64,000 bases of DNA from Geopsychrobacteraceae bacterium. Lineage in GTDB: Bacteria; Desulfobacterota; Desulfuromonadia; Desulfuromonadales; Geopsychrobacteraceae. Under the pieces are notes generated by a model. The model searched no databases and was not told where the DNA came from. It was given only the letters and a program-made list of their open reading frames with translations. The translations under genes and the position numbers were made by a program. The stretch is from assembly GCA_963676795.2 (NCBI GenBank), contig CAXXTB010000002.1, positions 512,001 through 576,000 of the forward strand. The letters are read 5' to 3'. Within the stretch, counting starts at the first letter, position 1. Each line of letters starts with the position of its first letter. Below are positions 19,725-29,503 of the stretch, piece after piece.

Positions 19725-20324
19725 TCAGATTCTTTCCGAATTGACGAACGACAGGTCAAAAAGACCGAGGAAATTGTCAATCAGCCGATAGGTGATCCCC
19801 CAGAGTGGTTTTGCAGTCCACTCTTGGAGGTGGATGACCGGATGCTGGCGATCGGTACCGGGACGGCTGAAATGGAGATAATCACTGCGTTCCGGTTGCA
19901 TGAGAGTTTTCAGGGGAACCCAGAAGCATTTGCTGACCTCGTCCCGGTTGAGGGCAAATTCAACCGGCTCATCCAGGTAATAGACAAAACAGGAAATGTT
20001 GACCGACAGACGAATCCCGCTCAGATCGTCGTTACGGCCGAGATAATGTCTCTCTTTTAGGTGAAGACCAATCTCTTCGCAGGTTTCCCGTTCGGCTGCG
20101 GCGCGCGCTGATGGATCCTCGTCCTCGATGCGTCCGCCGGGAAAGCCAAGGTCCCCCGACCAGGGGTCGAGGTGATGCTCGGCCCGCTGAATCAGCAGCA
20201 CTTCGGTCCCCGATTCCCCCTGGCGCAGGATCATGGCTACCGCAGCACGACGTTCGACCTTACGGTCAAAGGCTAACGGCTGGTGATCGTTGAGACGTTG
20301 CTGAATCAGTTCCGGCGTGAGCAT
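19725..20324 (-). CDS. Nudix hydrolase (CoA pyrophosphatase-like)
   Basis: FPGGR...[16 protein letters not shown]. Confidence 0.88.
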   Translation of the reverse strand: MLTPELIQQRLNDHQPLAFDRKVERRAAVAMILRQGESGTEVLLIQRAEHHLDPWSGDLGFPGGRIEDEDPSARAAAERETCEEIGLHLKERHYLGRNDDLSGIRLSVNISCFVYYLDEPVEFALNRDEVSKCFWVPLKTLMQPERSDYLHFSRPGTDRQHPVIHLQEWTAKPLWGITYRLIDNFLGLFDLSFVNSERI

Positions 20325-20336
20325 GAGTTTCCTGAC

Positions 20337-20900
20337 TTAAGCCCTGGAGACGAAGCGGCACTCGCGGGTATCGACCTTGATCAATTCGCCGGCTTCCAGA
20401 TAACCGGGAACCTGAACGGAAATGCCGGTTTCCAGAATCGCTTCCTTGGTCTGGGCGGTTGCGGTCGCGTTTCTGATGGCTGGCGCTGTTTCGGTCACGG
20501 TCAGCTCGACGACCTGGGGAACTTCCAAGGTGACGACCTGATCGTTGAAGACACCCAGGGTGACTTCGCTGCCGTCGAGCAGGTAGCCTTTGATGTCCTC
20601 ATAGAGGTCACCGCCGATTTCGTGCTGTTCGTAGCTTTCCATATCCATGAATACGCCGTTGTCGCCGTTGGCGTAGAGGTATTGTCCTTTTTTCCTGACG
20701 TAGTCCGCTTCGTCGAGTTTGTCACCCGATTTGAAAGTGCTGTTGAGTACCTGGCCGGTCATCAGGTTACGATACTTGGTTTTGACCAGGGTGTTACCAC
20801 CGCGGGCGGTAGGCGACTGAAAGCTGACATCGACAACGACGCAAGGGGCTCCGTCGCTCTGGAAAATAACGCCACGGCGCAGATCGCTGGCTGTAAGCAT
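20337..20900 (-). CDS. efpL: Elongation factor P-like protein (EfpL/YeiP type)
   Basis: EF-P fold motifs (FMDMESYEQ, LETG..VQVP) with an SPTARG loop, like E. coli YeiP, rather than KPGKG. Confidence 0.8.
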   Translation of the reverse strand: MLTASDLRRGVIFQSDGAPCVVVDVSFQSPTARGGNTLVKTKYRNLMTGQVLNSTFKSGDKLDEADYVRKKGQYLYANGDNGVFMDMESYEQHEIGGDLYEDIKGYLLDGSEVTLGVFNDQVVTLEVPQVVELTVTETAPAIRNATATAQTKEAILETGISVQVPGYLEAGELIKVDTRECRFVSRA

Positions 20901-20926
20901 GTGTGACTCCTGAAATGTTCTTAAAG

Positions 20927-21337
20927 TTAGTTTTCCGCGGAAAACAGCTGTTGATTTTTGCGGTATGCGGTTCCCTGAAACTGGGCAATCAGCTGTCCTT
21001 CGTCATTGCTGATCGTCACCTGATAATGCCCGAGGCGCTGACTGCTGTCCAGTTCCTTCGCTTCGGCAATCAGGGTTCCGCCATATGCAGCATGGATGAA
21101 GCTGGTGGTTGCCGAAACGGCCAGCGCAACCCGGCCGCTGCTGTTGGACGCTGCAGCGAAGGCGACATCGGCCAGGGTGAAAATAGCACCGCCGTGCACC
21201 GTTCCGGCTCCGTTGAAATGATGAGGCTGAATTTCCATCCGGGCTCTGGCAAAGCCCTGGCGTGCTTCTATCAGTTCGATACCGCAATGACGGGCAAAAT
21301 GATCGTTCTCGGTGAAGAAATCAAGAATTTTCTGCAT
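20927..21337 (-). CDS. PaaI-family hotdog thioesterase
   Basis: HFNGAGTVHGGAIFTLAD. Confidence 0.88.
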   Translation of the reverse strand: MQKILDFFTENDHFARHCGIELIEARQGFARARMEIQPHHFNGAGTVHGGAIFTLADVAFAAASNSSGRVALAVSATTSFIHAAYGGTLIAEAKELDSSQRLGHYQVTISNDEGQLIAQFQGTAYRKNQQLFSAEN

Positions 21338-21344
21338 CTGCTGA

Positions 21345-21530
21345 TTACCAGTAACTGTCTGTTTTTTTGGTCGGCAGGGGGCGCGGATTGTGCAGATATT
21401 CTGCTTTTTCAGCTTTGGCCCGGCATTTTCCGCAGACATATTGCGGTGATTTGCAGCGCCGGTCGAATTCTTCCAGCTCTCCGGCAGCGCGCAATTCACA
21501 CATCTTCATGTTTTGGGTGTTGTTGTCCAT
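21345..21530 (-). CDS. Small Cys-rich hypothetical protein (61 aa)
   Basis: GAGGA RBS; fits the gap between co-oriented genes; C...C..PQYVCGKC motif. Confidence 0.65.
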   Translation of the reverse strand: MDNNTQNMKMCELRAAGELEEFDRRCKSPQYVCGKCRAKAEKAEYLHNPRPLPTKKTDSYW

Positions 21531-21586
21531 AAGTCCTCACTCCGTTCATCATAGCTCTTGAGGCGGAGTCAGGGCAAGCTGGAAGG

Positions 21587-22165
21587 TTAAAGTACGCAGC
21601 GGCTGTTGGGGGAGCGCTTCTTGTTTTTATCGGCCGGTTTGTTCTTGCGGATAATGCCGTCTTCGCCACGTGTGTAGGAGCTCTCATCCTTCTCCATGGC
21701 GAGGTGATAGTAGAAATTGAAGGCCGGTTTGCCCGGTTTGACGCTCTGGGCCGGTGGTGGTTGGGGCGGTGGACTGGGCGCTACAGGTTGCGGCTCTTCC
21801 AGTGGTCCGAACATGGCATCGAGCAGGGAATTCATGAAGCGATTGAATTTCTGCTGCGATTCTCCCGCCGCTGCCTTGTCATGTGGAGCCGATGGCCTGG
21901 GGGCTCTCTGGTCTTTTTTCTCTTCCCTGGGGGCTTTGGGTTTTCTCGGCGGCAGGTTCAGTTTGCGGTCATATTCCAGCCGGGCTTTCTCATCGGATAA
22001 GACCCGATAAGCCTCGTTGACCTGACGGAACAGTTCAGCCGCGGCTTCCGACCCCTGATTGGTGTCGGGGTGGAAGCGTTTGGCCATTGACCGGTAGACC
22101 GTTTTGATCTGCTGCTGCTCGGCATCGTAGGGGATACCGAGCAGATGATAATAATTCAGCGCCAT
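21587..22165 (-). CDS. DnaJ-domain protein
   Basis: NYYHLLG...HPD...NEAYRVLSD. Confidence 0.88.
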   Translation of the reverse strand: MALNYYHLLGIPYDAEQQQIKTVYRSMAKRFHPDTNQGSEAAAELFRQVNEAYRVLSDEKARLEYDRKLNLPPRKPKAPREEKKDQRAPRPSAPHDKAAAGESQQKFNRFMNSLLDAMFGPLEEPQPVAPSPPPQPPPAQSVKPGKPAFNFYYHLAMEKDESSYTRGEDGIIRKNKPADKNKKRSPNSRCVL

Positions 22166-22332
22166 AAAACCTGTTCCCGCTTGGGCGGTAGCCCTTTCAG
22201 CTGAGCATAGACCATCATCGTCTTATCGGTCGTTACCGGGAAGATTTTTAATCTTTTTTTTTAAACTAGTTGTCATCCGGAAATACCGGATGACAACGCG
22301 CCGGTTTCTGATTTGGAACCTCCGGATAAAAT

Positions 22333-22902
22333 CTAGCTGTGGGAAAAGCTGACCTCGACATCCTGGCGATGGGCCGGGTCGATCTCCCAGAGCTTGCGCC
22401 CTGAAAAGTTGAACAGTCGGGCCACGACCAGATCCGGGAACTGCTCGATTCTGGTGTTGTAGATGGTGACCGAGGCATTGTAGAGCTCGCGGCGATCGGC
22501 AATCTGGTCTTCCAGTTCGCTGATCCGGTTGCTCAGCTGACGGAATCCCGCATCTGCTTTTAAGTCAGGGTAACGTTCGACAACCATGAAGAGCGACTTG
22601 AGGGTATCGGTCAGCATGTTCTGAGCCTGCAGTTTCTGCTCGTCGCTGCGCGCGCTGTTGACCTGTGAACGCGCCTTGACGACCGCTTCGAGGGTTTTCT
22701 GCTCATGCTGCATGTAGCCCTCACAGACCTTGATCAGCTTGGGCAGCTCGTCGTAGCGCTGTTTGAGCAGGACATCGATGTTGCTCCAGTCCTGGTTGAT
22801 ACTGTTTTTCAGGGCGACAAAGCCGTTGTAGATGACGACAATGTAGCCGACCAGAATGATGATGATCAGCAGGATAATGCCGAGGGTAATGAGTCCAGCC
22901 AT
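22333..22902 (-). CDS. lemA: LemA-family protein
   Basis: WSNIDVLLKQRYD, ERYPDLKA, RELYN, FP. Confidence 0.93.
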   Translation of the reverse strand: MAGLITLGIILLIIIILVGYIVVIYNGFVALKNSINQDWSNIDVLLKQRYDELPKLIKVCEGYMQHEQKTLEAVVKARSQVNSARSDEQKLQAQNMLTDTLKSLFMVVERYPDLKADAGFRQLSNRISELEDQIADRRELYNASVTIYNTRIEQFPDLVVARLFNFSGRKLWEIDPAHRQDVEVSFSHS

Positions 22903-22925
22903 GTCTTTCCTCCGTAGACTGATTG

Positions 22926-24917
22926 TTAGCGAAGATAGTTGAACAGTAAATTTATCGCCCAGACCAGCGCGATGGCAAACACGCCGAACAGGGCCAGGCT
23001 GTACCAGAAATAACGTCCGGTCAGCTGTTCTTCTGAGTGGGTTTCGCTGACCACCAGCGGGTAGCCCTTCTTGTGTCCGATGATGATCTGTTCTTCCTGT
23101 TTTTTGCGTTTCCGGCTTTTCCTCAGCCCTTCATGAATTAGCTGGTTTTCGACATCCTGGCGGGCGGCTTCCCATTCTTGCTGATCGAGTTGGCCGTCGC
23201 CGTTGGTGTCGTAGCGCTGGCGCAGGATCGGATCGCTCTTGATGTTACGCAGGGCTTCGACCTTCTGCTCGTGGGCTGTCGGGCCGCTGTCCCGTTTGAC
23301 CGAGGCGAAGCCAAGGACATAGACGAGGGCACCATCGATGATGATCTCCTCGACCCATTTCTCATCCCCTTGACTGAAAGAGCTGAACAGGCCGCTGTTG
23401 TCATCGTAGCCTTCCTGCTTGGTGACCGCCGACACACGGCAGCGGGCCGGGTCGATTTCAACGCGGCCGGTCTCATCTTCGAGATAAAAGGGGACACGGC
23501 CACTGCTTTTGCCGCTGACCTTCTTCCAGGTGTTTTTATCCTTGTCGCGCCGGTAGCGGCTGAGGCGGTAGTAGACGCAGGGGATATGCGACATGGGGGA
23601 GATCAGTGCATATTTGCGGACCGCCTTGCCTTTGACCTCGACCATTCCCATGGCAACCGAGCGGATCCGGCTGGTCGGGGTGTTCTCGATCCTGCGTTTG
23701 AGGCGCAGAAAATAGAAGGCGCCCCAGAGGCAGACCAGGGCAACGATGAAAAGCAAGCCGCCACTTTCAAAGGCCCGGCCAACGATGTGGTTGAGAAGAT
23801 CTCCGTTGTCAATCTGGTTGACGATGATCGAGGCGAAAAATATGACGCCAATGCCGCTCAGGTATTTGATCTGTGATGTGAGTCCCACGCCTGATTGCAT
23901 CAGATCGTCAGGTGGTGCAGGCAGCGCGGTCCGCTGTTCAGTCTGTTTTTTTGTGCCTGCGACTTTGGGCGGCTCTTCGCCCAGAGCTTCGTTGAGGGTT
24001 TCACGCAAAGGGGTCGTGACTTCCTCGCCGGCGGCTGCCAAAACTGGATTCTGGGCGATAATCGCAGTCGTGGCGAGGGCGGCCGGGGAGCTGTCGAACT
24101 CTTCGTTTCGAACGGTTCCGCGTTTTTCAGCACCAAGCAGGTCGGTCATCAGCCAGCCGTAGCGAACCAGGCTGATCTGGTTCTGGCGAGCGATCTCCGG
24201 GTCTTCGGTTTTACCGCGTTGCAGGCTGCAACCGGGGAAGGCGGCCAGGCCGAAATCGGTGAACAGCTGGAACTCGCCGGCAAGTTCGCGAACGATTTCC
24301 AGGATCACCTTAAGATTCTGGGCGCTGCTGAGGGTTGCTCTCTCCCCCAGCCCCTGGGCATTGAATTTCCCCGGGAAAATCCTGACCCCCTGACTGGGGA
24401 GACCTTTTTCGGTCAGGTACAGGTCGAGAATCGGCTGTCCGCGCAGAATCGTCATGATTTTTTTGTCATCTTCCAGCTGGCGGATGTTGTCGATGCCGAA
24501 GTAGCTGTGACTACTGAGGATCTGCTTGACGTTCTGATCGAGGAGATGACCGGACAGCTCTGCCAGAACGGCCACAACTGTGGCCCCTTTGGAAAATGTC
24601 AGCTCGCTTTTCTGACAGCTGCACCTCAGTTCAGATCCTGAAAACTCCAGGCTGCGCAGGCGCTGCGGGGCAAAGGTCGGTTTGCTTGGTTGGAAAATCC
24701 AGTGACCGATTTTTCTGATGCAGAGGCTTTCCGAGATAGCTTCAAGCCCCTGGCGTTGGCCCTGTGCCAGCAGGGACAGCCCTTTTCCGACCAGGCGCTG
24801 GCGGCTCTGGTAGAGGTCGAGCTTGTGGCGATGGTGGAGTTCTTTTAACAGCTCCGGCAGGAATTCCGGTTCCGGAGTCTGCTGCTCAACGATGAGATAT
24901 TGACCCTTTTCAGACAT
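22926..24917 (-). CDS. Membrane protein with GIDE-like domain and EF-hand loop
   Basis: IENTPTSRIRSVAMGMVEVKG, FYLEDETG, DTNGDGQLDQQE, three TM segments. Confidence 0.75.
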   Translation of the reverse strand: MSEKGQYLIVEQQTPEPEFLPELLKELHHRHKLDLYQSRQRLVGKGLSLLAQGQRQGLEAISESLCIRKIGHWIFQPSKPTFAPQRLRSLEFSGSELRCSCQKSELTFSKGATVVAVLAELSGHLLDQNVKQILSSHSYFGIDNIRQLEDDKKIMTILRGQPILDLYLTEKGLPSQGVRIFPGKFNAQGLGERATLSSAQNLKVILEIVRELAGEFQLFTDFGLAAFPGCSLQRGKTEDPEIARQNQISLVRYGWLMTDLLGAEKRGTVRNEEFDSSPAALATTAIIAQNPVLAAAGEEVTTPLRETLNEALGEEPPKVAGTKKQTEQRTALPAPPDDLMQSGVGLTSQIKYLSGIGVIFFASIIVNQIDNGDLLNHIVGRAFESGGLLFIVALVCLWGAFYFLRLKRRIENTPTSRIRSVAMGMVEVKGKAVRKYALISPMSHIPCVYYRLSRYRRDKDKNTWKKVSGKSSGRVPFYLEDETGRVEIDPARCRVSAVTKQEGYDDNSGLFSSFSQGDEKWVEEIIIDGALVYVLGFASVKRDSGPTAHEQKVEALRNIKSDPILRQRYDTNGDGQLDQQEWEAARQDVENQLIHEGLRKSRKRKKQEEQIIIGHKKGYPLVVSETHSEEQLTGRYFWYSLALFGVFAIALVWAINLLFNYLR

Positions 24918-25069
24918 CAAATGTCCCTTGATAGAATTCTTTCTAATTTATAAAAATTAACAATTTGTTTCAAGTTATTAATATGATCGGCAGGCAAGAA
25001 GAAAAGCCTCTTCCTTATGACGCGGGTTTTGGACTATCCTCAGGCTATGAATATTTCGCGGAAAGCCAT

Positions 25070-25474
25070 ATGAAAACCAGAGTCAGCAATCATCTCATTC
25101 GTTTCTTGCTGATTGCCGTCGGCTGGACCAGCGTTGGTCTGGGAGTCATCGGTATCTTTATCCCCCTGCTGCCGACGGTCCCTTTTCTGCTGCTCGCTGC
25201 GGTCTGTTTTGCCCGGAGTTCGGAGGTTTTTCATCGCTGGCTGGTCGGGCATCCAAAGCTAGGTCCGATGATCAACGGTTTTCTGGGCGGGGAGGGGATT
25301 CCGCGCCATGCCAAGCTTATGGCTATCGCGGTTCTCTGGAGCAGCATCTTACTCTCTGTGCTGGTGCTGGCTGCCCTGCTGTGGGTGAAGCTGCTATTGG
25401 TACTGATCGGAATCTGTGTCACCTGGTATCTTATCGGCCTGCCGATCAGGAATGGAGCCTGCAAGGATCAGTGA
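25070..25474 (+). CDS. ybaN: YbaN/DUF454 inner-membrane protein
   Basis: GIFIPLLPTVPFLLLA..CFARSS. Confidence 0.88.
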   Translation: MKTRVSNHLIRFLLIAVGWTSVGLGVIGIFIPLLPTVPFLLLAAVCFARSSEVFHRWLVGHPKLGPMINGFLGGEGIPRHAKLMAIAVLWSSILLSVLVLAALLWVKLLLVLIGICVTWYLIGLPIRNGACKDQ

Positions 25475-25887
25475 TGATCCCTTACTCTCTGTCTTAGTTC
25501 CTTGACCCTGCTTTTGACCTTTTTGCTTTTCAGGCGATCTTCAACTGAGCCTCTGGTCGGCTTCGTCTTCCTGCGTGGCCGCCGTTTCTGCAGTGCCGCA
25601 CCAAGCAAGGATTGCAGCCTGTTTATGGCCAATTGACGATTGCGTTCCTGGCTGCGCTCTTCCCTCGATCTGACGATCAGTATCCCGTCGCGGCTCAGAC
25701 GGTACCCCAGCTTGTCTGTGAGTTGTTCCTTGATCTCGTCTGGCAGGCTTGAACAGGCGATGTTGAAGCGCAGTTCGATAGCGGTCGCCACCTTGTTGAC
25801 ATGCTGACCGCCTGGCCCTCCGGAGCGGACGGCGCTCAGTTCGATTTCATCGTCCGGGATGAAAAGTGTCTCTGTCAGCTTGATCAT
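25468..25887 (-). CDS. arfB: Alternative ribosome rescue peptidyl-tRNA hydrolase ArfB
   Basis: RSGGPGGQHVNK, RSQERN, basic C-terminal tail. Confidence 0.95.
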   Translation of the reverse strand: MIKLTETLFIPDDEIELSAVRSGGPGGQHVNKVATAIELRFNIACSSLPDEIKEQLTDKLGYRLSRDGILIVRSREERSQERNRQLAINRLQSLLGAALQKRRPRRKTKPTRGSVEDRLKSKKVKSRVKELRQRVRDHH

Positions 25888-25942
25888 GAGCCTCTTTCTG
25901 GTTTTGCTGTCTGGCCAGGCCTGGCCAGCGGGGATATTCAGT

Positions 25943-25971
25943 AAAAAAGCCCGGTGCGGTCACCGGGCTTT
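25943..25971 (-). terminator. Terminator after the MCP gene
   Basis: AAAAAAGCCCGGTG-CGGT-CACCGGGCTTT. Confidence 0.8.
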
Positions 25972-25979
25972 GTCGGGTG

Positions 25980-27911
25980 TCAGTATTTGCCGAAATCGTC
26001 ATCATCCAGCTTGATCTGGGGCTTTGAGTTCGGCGCTTTTCCCCAGTCATCGTTGCTTGGCAACTGTGGAGCCTGGGGCTTGCGAGGAGCCTGTGGGGCC
26101 TTCGCCTTGGCTGGTGCCGAAGTTCTGGCCGGGGACGCCATGGGCGCCGGAGGTGTTCCGGCTCCGGAGAGCAGTTTGAATTTGCTCAGCATATCCTGCA
26201 GATCGCTGGCCTGGCTGGAGAGCTCTTCGGCGATAGCGGCATTTTCTTCCGAGGTCGAGGTGGTGCGCAGGTTGACCTCGTTGAGCTGATGCAGGCCTTC
26301 GTTGATCTGGCTGATCCCCAGCGACTGCTCGTTGCTGGCTGCGGCGATCTCGGCGACCAGCTCGGAGACCTTGCTGACGTCGTTGACGATTTCGGTGAGG
26401 GCGACAGCCGTGGTCTGCGCGATTTCTGCCCCGTTGTTGGTTTTTTCCACCGATCCCTGGATCAGGGCCGTGGTTTCCTGTGCCGCCTTGGCGCTACGGG
26501 CTGCGAGGTTGCGGACCTCTTCAGCGACGACGGCGAAACCTTTGCCGTGCTGTCCGGCGCGCGCCGCTTCAACCGCCGCGTTCAGGGCCAGCAGGTTGGT
26601 CTGGAAGGCGATCTCGTCGATGACCTTGATGATCTTGTTGATATCCTGGGCCGAGGCCTTGATGTCTTCCATCGCTTCGACCATGTTCTGCATCTTCAGG
26701 TTGCCCTGTTCCGCTGCTTTGCGCGCCTCGGCGGAGAGGCTGTTAGCCGCCGTGGCGTTCTCGGCGTTGTTGCGCGTCTGCTCGTTCATCTCGGTGACCG
26801 AGGATGAGATCTCCTCGAGGGCAGCGGCCTGCTGGGTCGCATCGTTGGCCAGACTGGAGCTGCTGTCGGCAACCTGAACCGCTCCAGAAGAAATCTGGGA
26901 GCTGGCAATCTGAACCGTCTGCATGGCATCGGTCAGGCCGGCACAGGCCCTGGCCATCGGTTTGGCGATGAGCCCCTTGGCCTGGAAGGTGAAGTCACCG
27001 ATTGCCAGGCGGTTGAAGGATTCAAGGACCTGGTCCCTCAGGTTGTCGGCAAAGCGGTTCAGCGCCTGGGCCAGTTGGCCGATTTCATCACGCCGTCTGG
27101 TATCGATACGATGATCCAGGTTGCCCCCTTCCAGTTCATCGAGCATATGCAGGGTTTTGCGGAAGGGGCGGATGACCGCTTTGGTTGTGAAGAAGGCGAT
27201 GAAAACTCCAAGGGCAATCAGCAGGATGACAAAGATGATCGTTGCCTTGCTGATAGTCGAGGAGAGCGCGGCATCCGCTTCATCCAGGGAATGGATGATC
27301 TCAAAGGCCCCGTGCATCTCTCCGGCTTTCCAGTTTTCCATTCTTGCCCCGGTCGGATCGCTGCCGTTACTGTTCCCCCAGTACTGCTGCGATTTCTGAG
27401 GATCCCCGTGACAGTAGAGGCAGGTTTCGCTCAGGTAGACAGCGCGGAAATAGTGAACTGAATTGGTCTGCTCATCAATTTCATAATACTCATCCAGGCG
27501 CTCATTCTTCATCTTGGTCAGAGCCCGGCCTTCCATCTCATTCGGCGTGTTGCTCTGGTTACGCGGTTGGAATTTGGGAACCTTGAAGGTATAGTTCCCC
27601 TCTTCGGCTTTACGCATCGCTGCCCGCCATGCTGAAACGACAGGGACCGCGGAGAGGATCTTCTCCTTCTCTCCCTGGTCGGCCCATTGTTTCAGCTCTT
27701 CAACGCTGAACAGTCCCTGCTGCCATTTGTCTTCCATCTCCTGGCGGGTTGATTCGACCGTTCTGGCCAGGATTCTCGATTTGTCGATCGCCGCATCCAG
27801 GGTGCGGTCTTTTTCGTGAAAATAAAAACTGACGAACAGAATAATCAGCAGTATTGCTGGCAGGGCAACGCCGCCGACAATCAATTTTGTCCGGAGAGAC
27901 GATGACGACAT
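25980..27911 (-). CDS. Methyl-accepting chemotaxis protein with periplasmic c-heme (DUF3365/Tll0287-like) sensor
   Basis: [37 protein letters not shown]-terminal DFGKY pentapeptide. Confidence 0.92.
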   Translation of the reverse strand: MSSSSLRTKLIVGGVALPAILLIILFVSFYFHEKDRTLDAAIDKSRILARTVESTRQEMEDKWQQGLFSVEELKQWADQGEKEKILSAVPVVSAWRAAMRKAEEGNYTFKVPKFQPRNQSNTPNEMEGRALTKMKNERLDEYYEIDEQTNSVHYFRAVYLSETCLYCHGDPQKSQQYWGNSNGSDPTGARMENWKAGEMHGAFEIIHSLDEADAALSSTISKATIIFVILLIALGVFIAFFTTKAVIRPFRKTLHMLDELEGGNLDHRIDTRRRDEIGQLAQALNRFADNLRDQVLESFNRLAIGDFTFQAKGLIAKPMARACAGLTDAMQTVQIASSQISSGAVQVADSSSSLANDATQQAAALEEISSSVTEMNEQTRNNAENATAANSLSAEARKAAEQGNLKMQNMVEAMEDIKASAQDINKIIKVIDEIAFQTNLLALNAAVEAARAGQHGKGFAVVAEEVRNLAARSAKAAQETTALIQGSVEKTNNGAEIAQTTAVALTEIVNDVSKVSELVAEIAAASNEQSLGISQINEGLHQLNEVNLRTTSTSEENAAIAEELSSQASDLQDMLSKFKLLSGAGTPPAPMASPARTSAPAKAKAPQAPRKPQAPQLPSNDDWGKAPNSKPQIKLDDDDFGKY

Positions 27912-28087
27912 GAAAGTCTCCTTTGTCGAAGGGAACGAACAACTATGATATATAATTGAGACATTTTAATTTTCATATAAGACAAAGTCAATCGATAATG
28001 TAAAGCTAATTTAATGGAGATTTTTTATGGAGCTGTCGTGGAGTGAGCAGGGCATAACCTGCAAAATGTCTGGATGGCTTAGAGGGG

Positions 28088-28118
28088 GAAGGCTTTCTGC
28101 CGAAGGCAGAAAGCCTCT
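28088..28118. terminator. Hairpin after ppiC
   Basis: GGCTTTCTGCC-GAA-GGCAGAAAGCC. Confidence 0.65.
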
Positions 28119-28124
28119 GTCGCT

Positions 28125-28406
28125 TTATTCGCTGCGTTCGGTGACTTCCAGCAGGTGATAGCCGAACTGGGTTTTGATCGGTCCGAGCACCTTGCCGACT
28201 TCACCAGTGAAGACCGCTTCGTCGAATTCAGGAACCATCTGGCCGCGGCCAAATTCGCCAAGCTCACCCCCCTGACGGCCGGAAGGGCATTTGGAATGAA
28301 CTTTGGCGATTTCGGCAAAGTCCTCGCCGCCTTCGATCAGCTTTTTCAGGGTTTGACAGTCCGCTTCACTCGGGACCAGAATGTGTCTTGCTTTGGCTCT
28401 TGCCAT
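28125..28406 (-). CDS. ppiC: Parvulin peptidyl-prolyl isomerase
   Basis: ARHILV, SKCPSG..GGELG, MVPEFD, TQFGYH. Confidence 0.95.
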   Translation of the reverse strand: MARAKARHILVPSEADCQTLKKLIEGGEDFAEIAKVHSKCPSGRQGGELGEFGRGQMVPEFDEAVFTGEVGKVLGPIKTQFGYHLLEVTERSE

Positions 28407-28495
28407 ATCGTTTCTCCTTATAGGATAGGTGTTGAATTGTTTTTGTACCCGATTATCCTTTGTTGTTGCAAGGGAGGGGCAAAGATTGAAGTCTC

Positions 28496-28524
28496 TTGAC
28501 ACTGGCCCGGAGTGTTCATAGACT
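28496..28524 (+). promoter_or_regulatory. Sigma70-type promoter of ychJ
   Basis: TTGACA-17nt-TAGACT. Confidence 0.6.
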
Positions 28525-28564
28525 CCGCTGGGTTTGATGAAAAGTTCTCTTTATAGGAGTTGAT

Positions 28565-29041
28565 ATGAGTTTATGTCCCTGTGGCAGCGGGCAGGAGTTT
28601 GCGGCCTGCTGTGAACGAGTACTGAAGGATTTCACCCTGGCCAAAACGGCCGAACAGCTGATGCGTGCACGTTATACGGCTCATGTCAAGGTCGATATCG
28701 ATTTTGTTCAGAACACAACTCATCCGGACCACCGGGCTGATTACGATGAGAAAACCGCCAGGGATTGGGCCGAAAAGTCCGAATGGCTCGGTCTTGAAAT
28801 CGTCAGTGCCAAGGGTGCCGATGCTGATGACAAGGGCGAGGTCGAATTTATCGCCCGTTACAAGATCAACGGAGCAAAGCAGAGCCACCATGAGCGCGCC
28901 AGCTTTGAGAAGAAGGACGGTCACTGGTACTTCAGCGACGGTGAGATGGTCAAGAATCAGCCCGTTACCTCCCAGAAGGTCGGGCGCAACGATCCGTGTA
29001 CCTGCGGGAGTGGTAAGAAATACAAGAAGTGCTGCGGCTAA
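28565..29041 (+). CDS. ychJ: YchJ-family SEC-C motif protein
   Basis: CPCGSG...[36 protein letters not shown]. Confidence 0.92.
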   Translation: MSLCPCGSGQEFAACCERVLKDFTLAKTAEQLMRARYTAHVKVDIDFVQNTTHPDHRADYDEKTARDWAEKSEWLGLEIVSAKGADADDKGEVEFIARYKINGAKQSHHERASFEKKDGHWYFSDGEMVKNQPVTSQKVGRNDPCTCGSGKKYKKCCG

Positions 29042-29080
29042 GAGACTGGGGGGGGGGCTTTGGCCTTTTTCATTCATATA

Positions 29081-29490
29081 AAGCCGGGAACCGGCTTTGC
29101 GACTGCGCGAATTCGAGGCGCTAGGCGCCTCGTCTGAGCCTGTAGAGAATAGCAACCCCAATGCTACGAAGAGTGCCAGAAACAATTTGCGTCAGTTATA
29201 AAAGGCTGCTTTTTGCTTACTTTTTTCAGCCTGAAAAAAAGTAAGGCGCCGTACGGGCGCGCGAGCCCGTGGTCTTGATTCTTGAAATAATCCTGAAAAA
29301 TCAAAGACGAAACCGGCGGGTCTCGTCCCGCCAGACGACTGACTTTCCTTTGATCGCAAAGGAAAGTCAGCAAAGGAAACTCTTTAAAAACACTGACGTA
29401 ATCCAGCAATGTCATCCACAACCGGCCCGCACCAGCAAAAAGGAAGGCGCCCAACGATGGGCGCTGCCCATCTAACTGGCAGAACCGAAT
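29081..29490. repeat. Modular palindromic intergenic element, copy 2 (most complete; inverted relative to copies 1 and 3)
   Basis: The reverse complement matches 2891-2939 plus 2940-3080, and 44220-44531. Confidence 0.88.
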
Positions 29491-29503
29491 TTATTAAGGT
29501 CAA

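Noticed and set aside
29048..29057. G10 homopolymer as a phase-variation tract
   Set aside because: It lies after the ychJ stop between convergent genes, not in a promoter or CDS.
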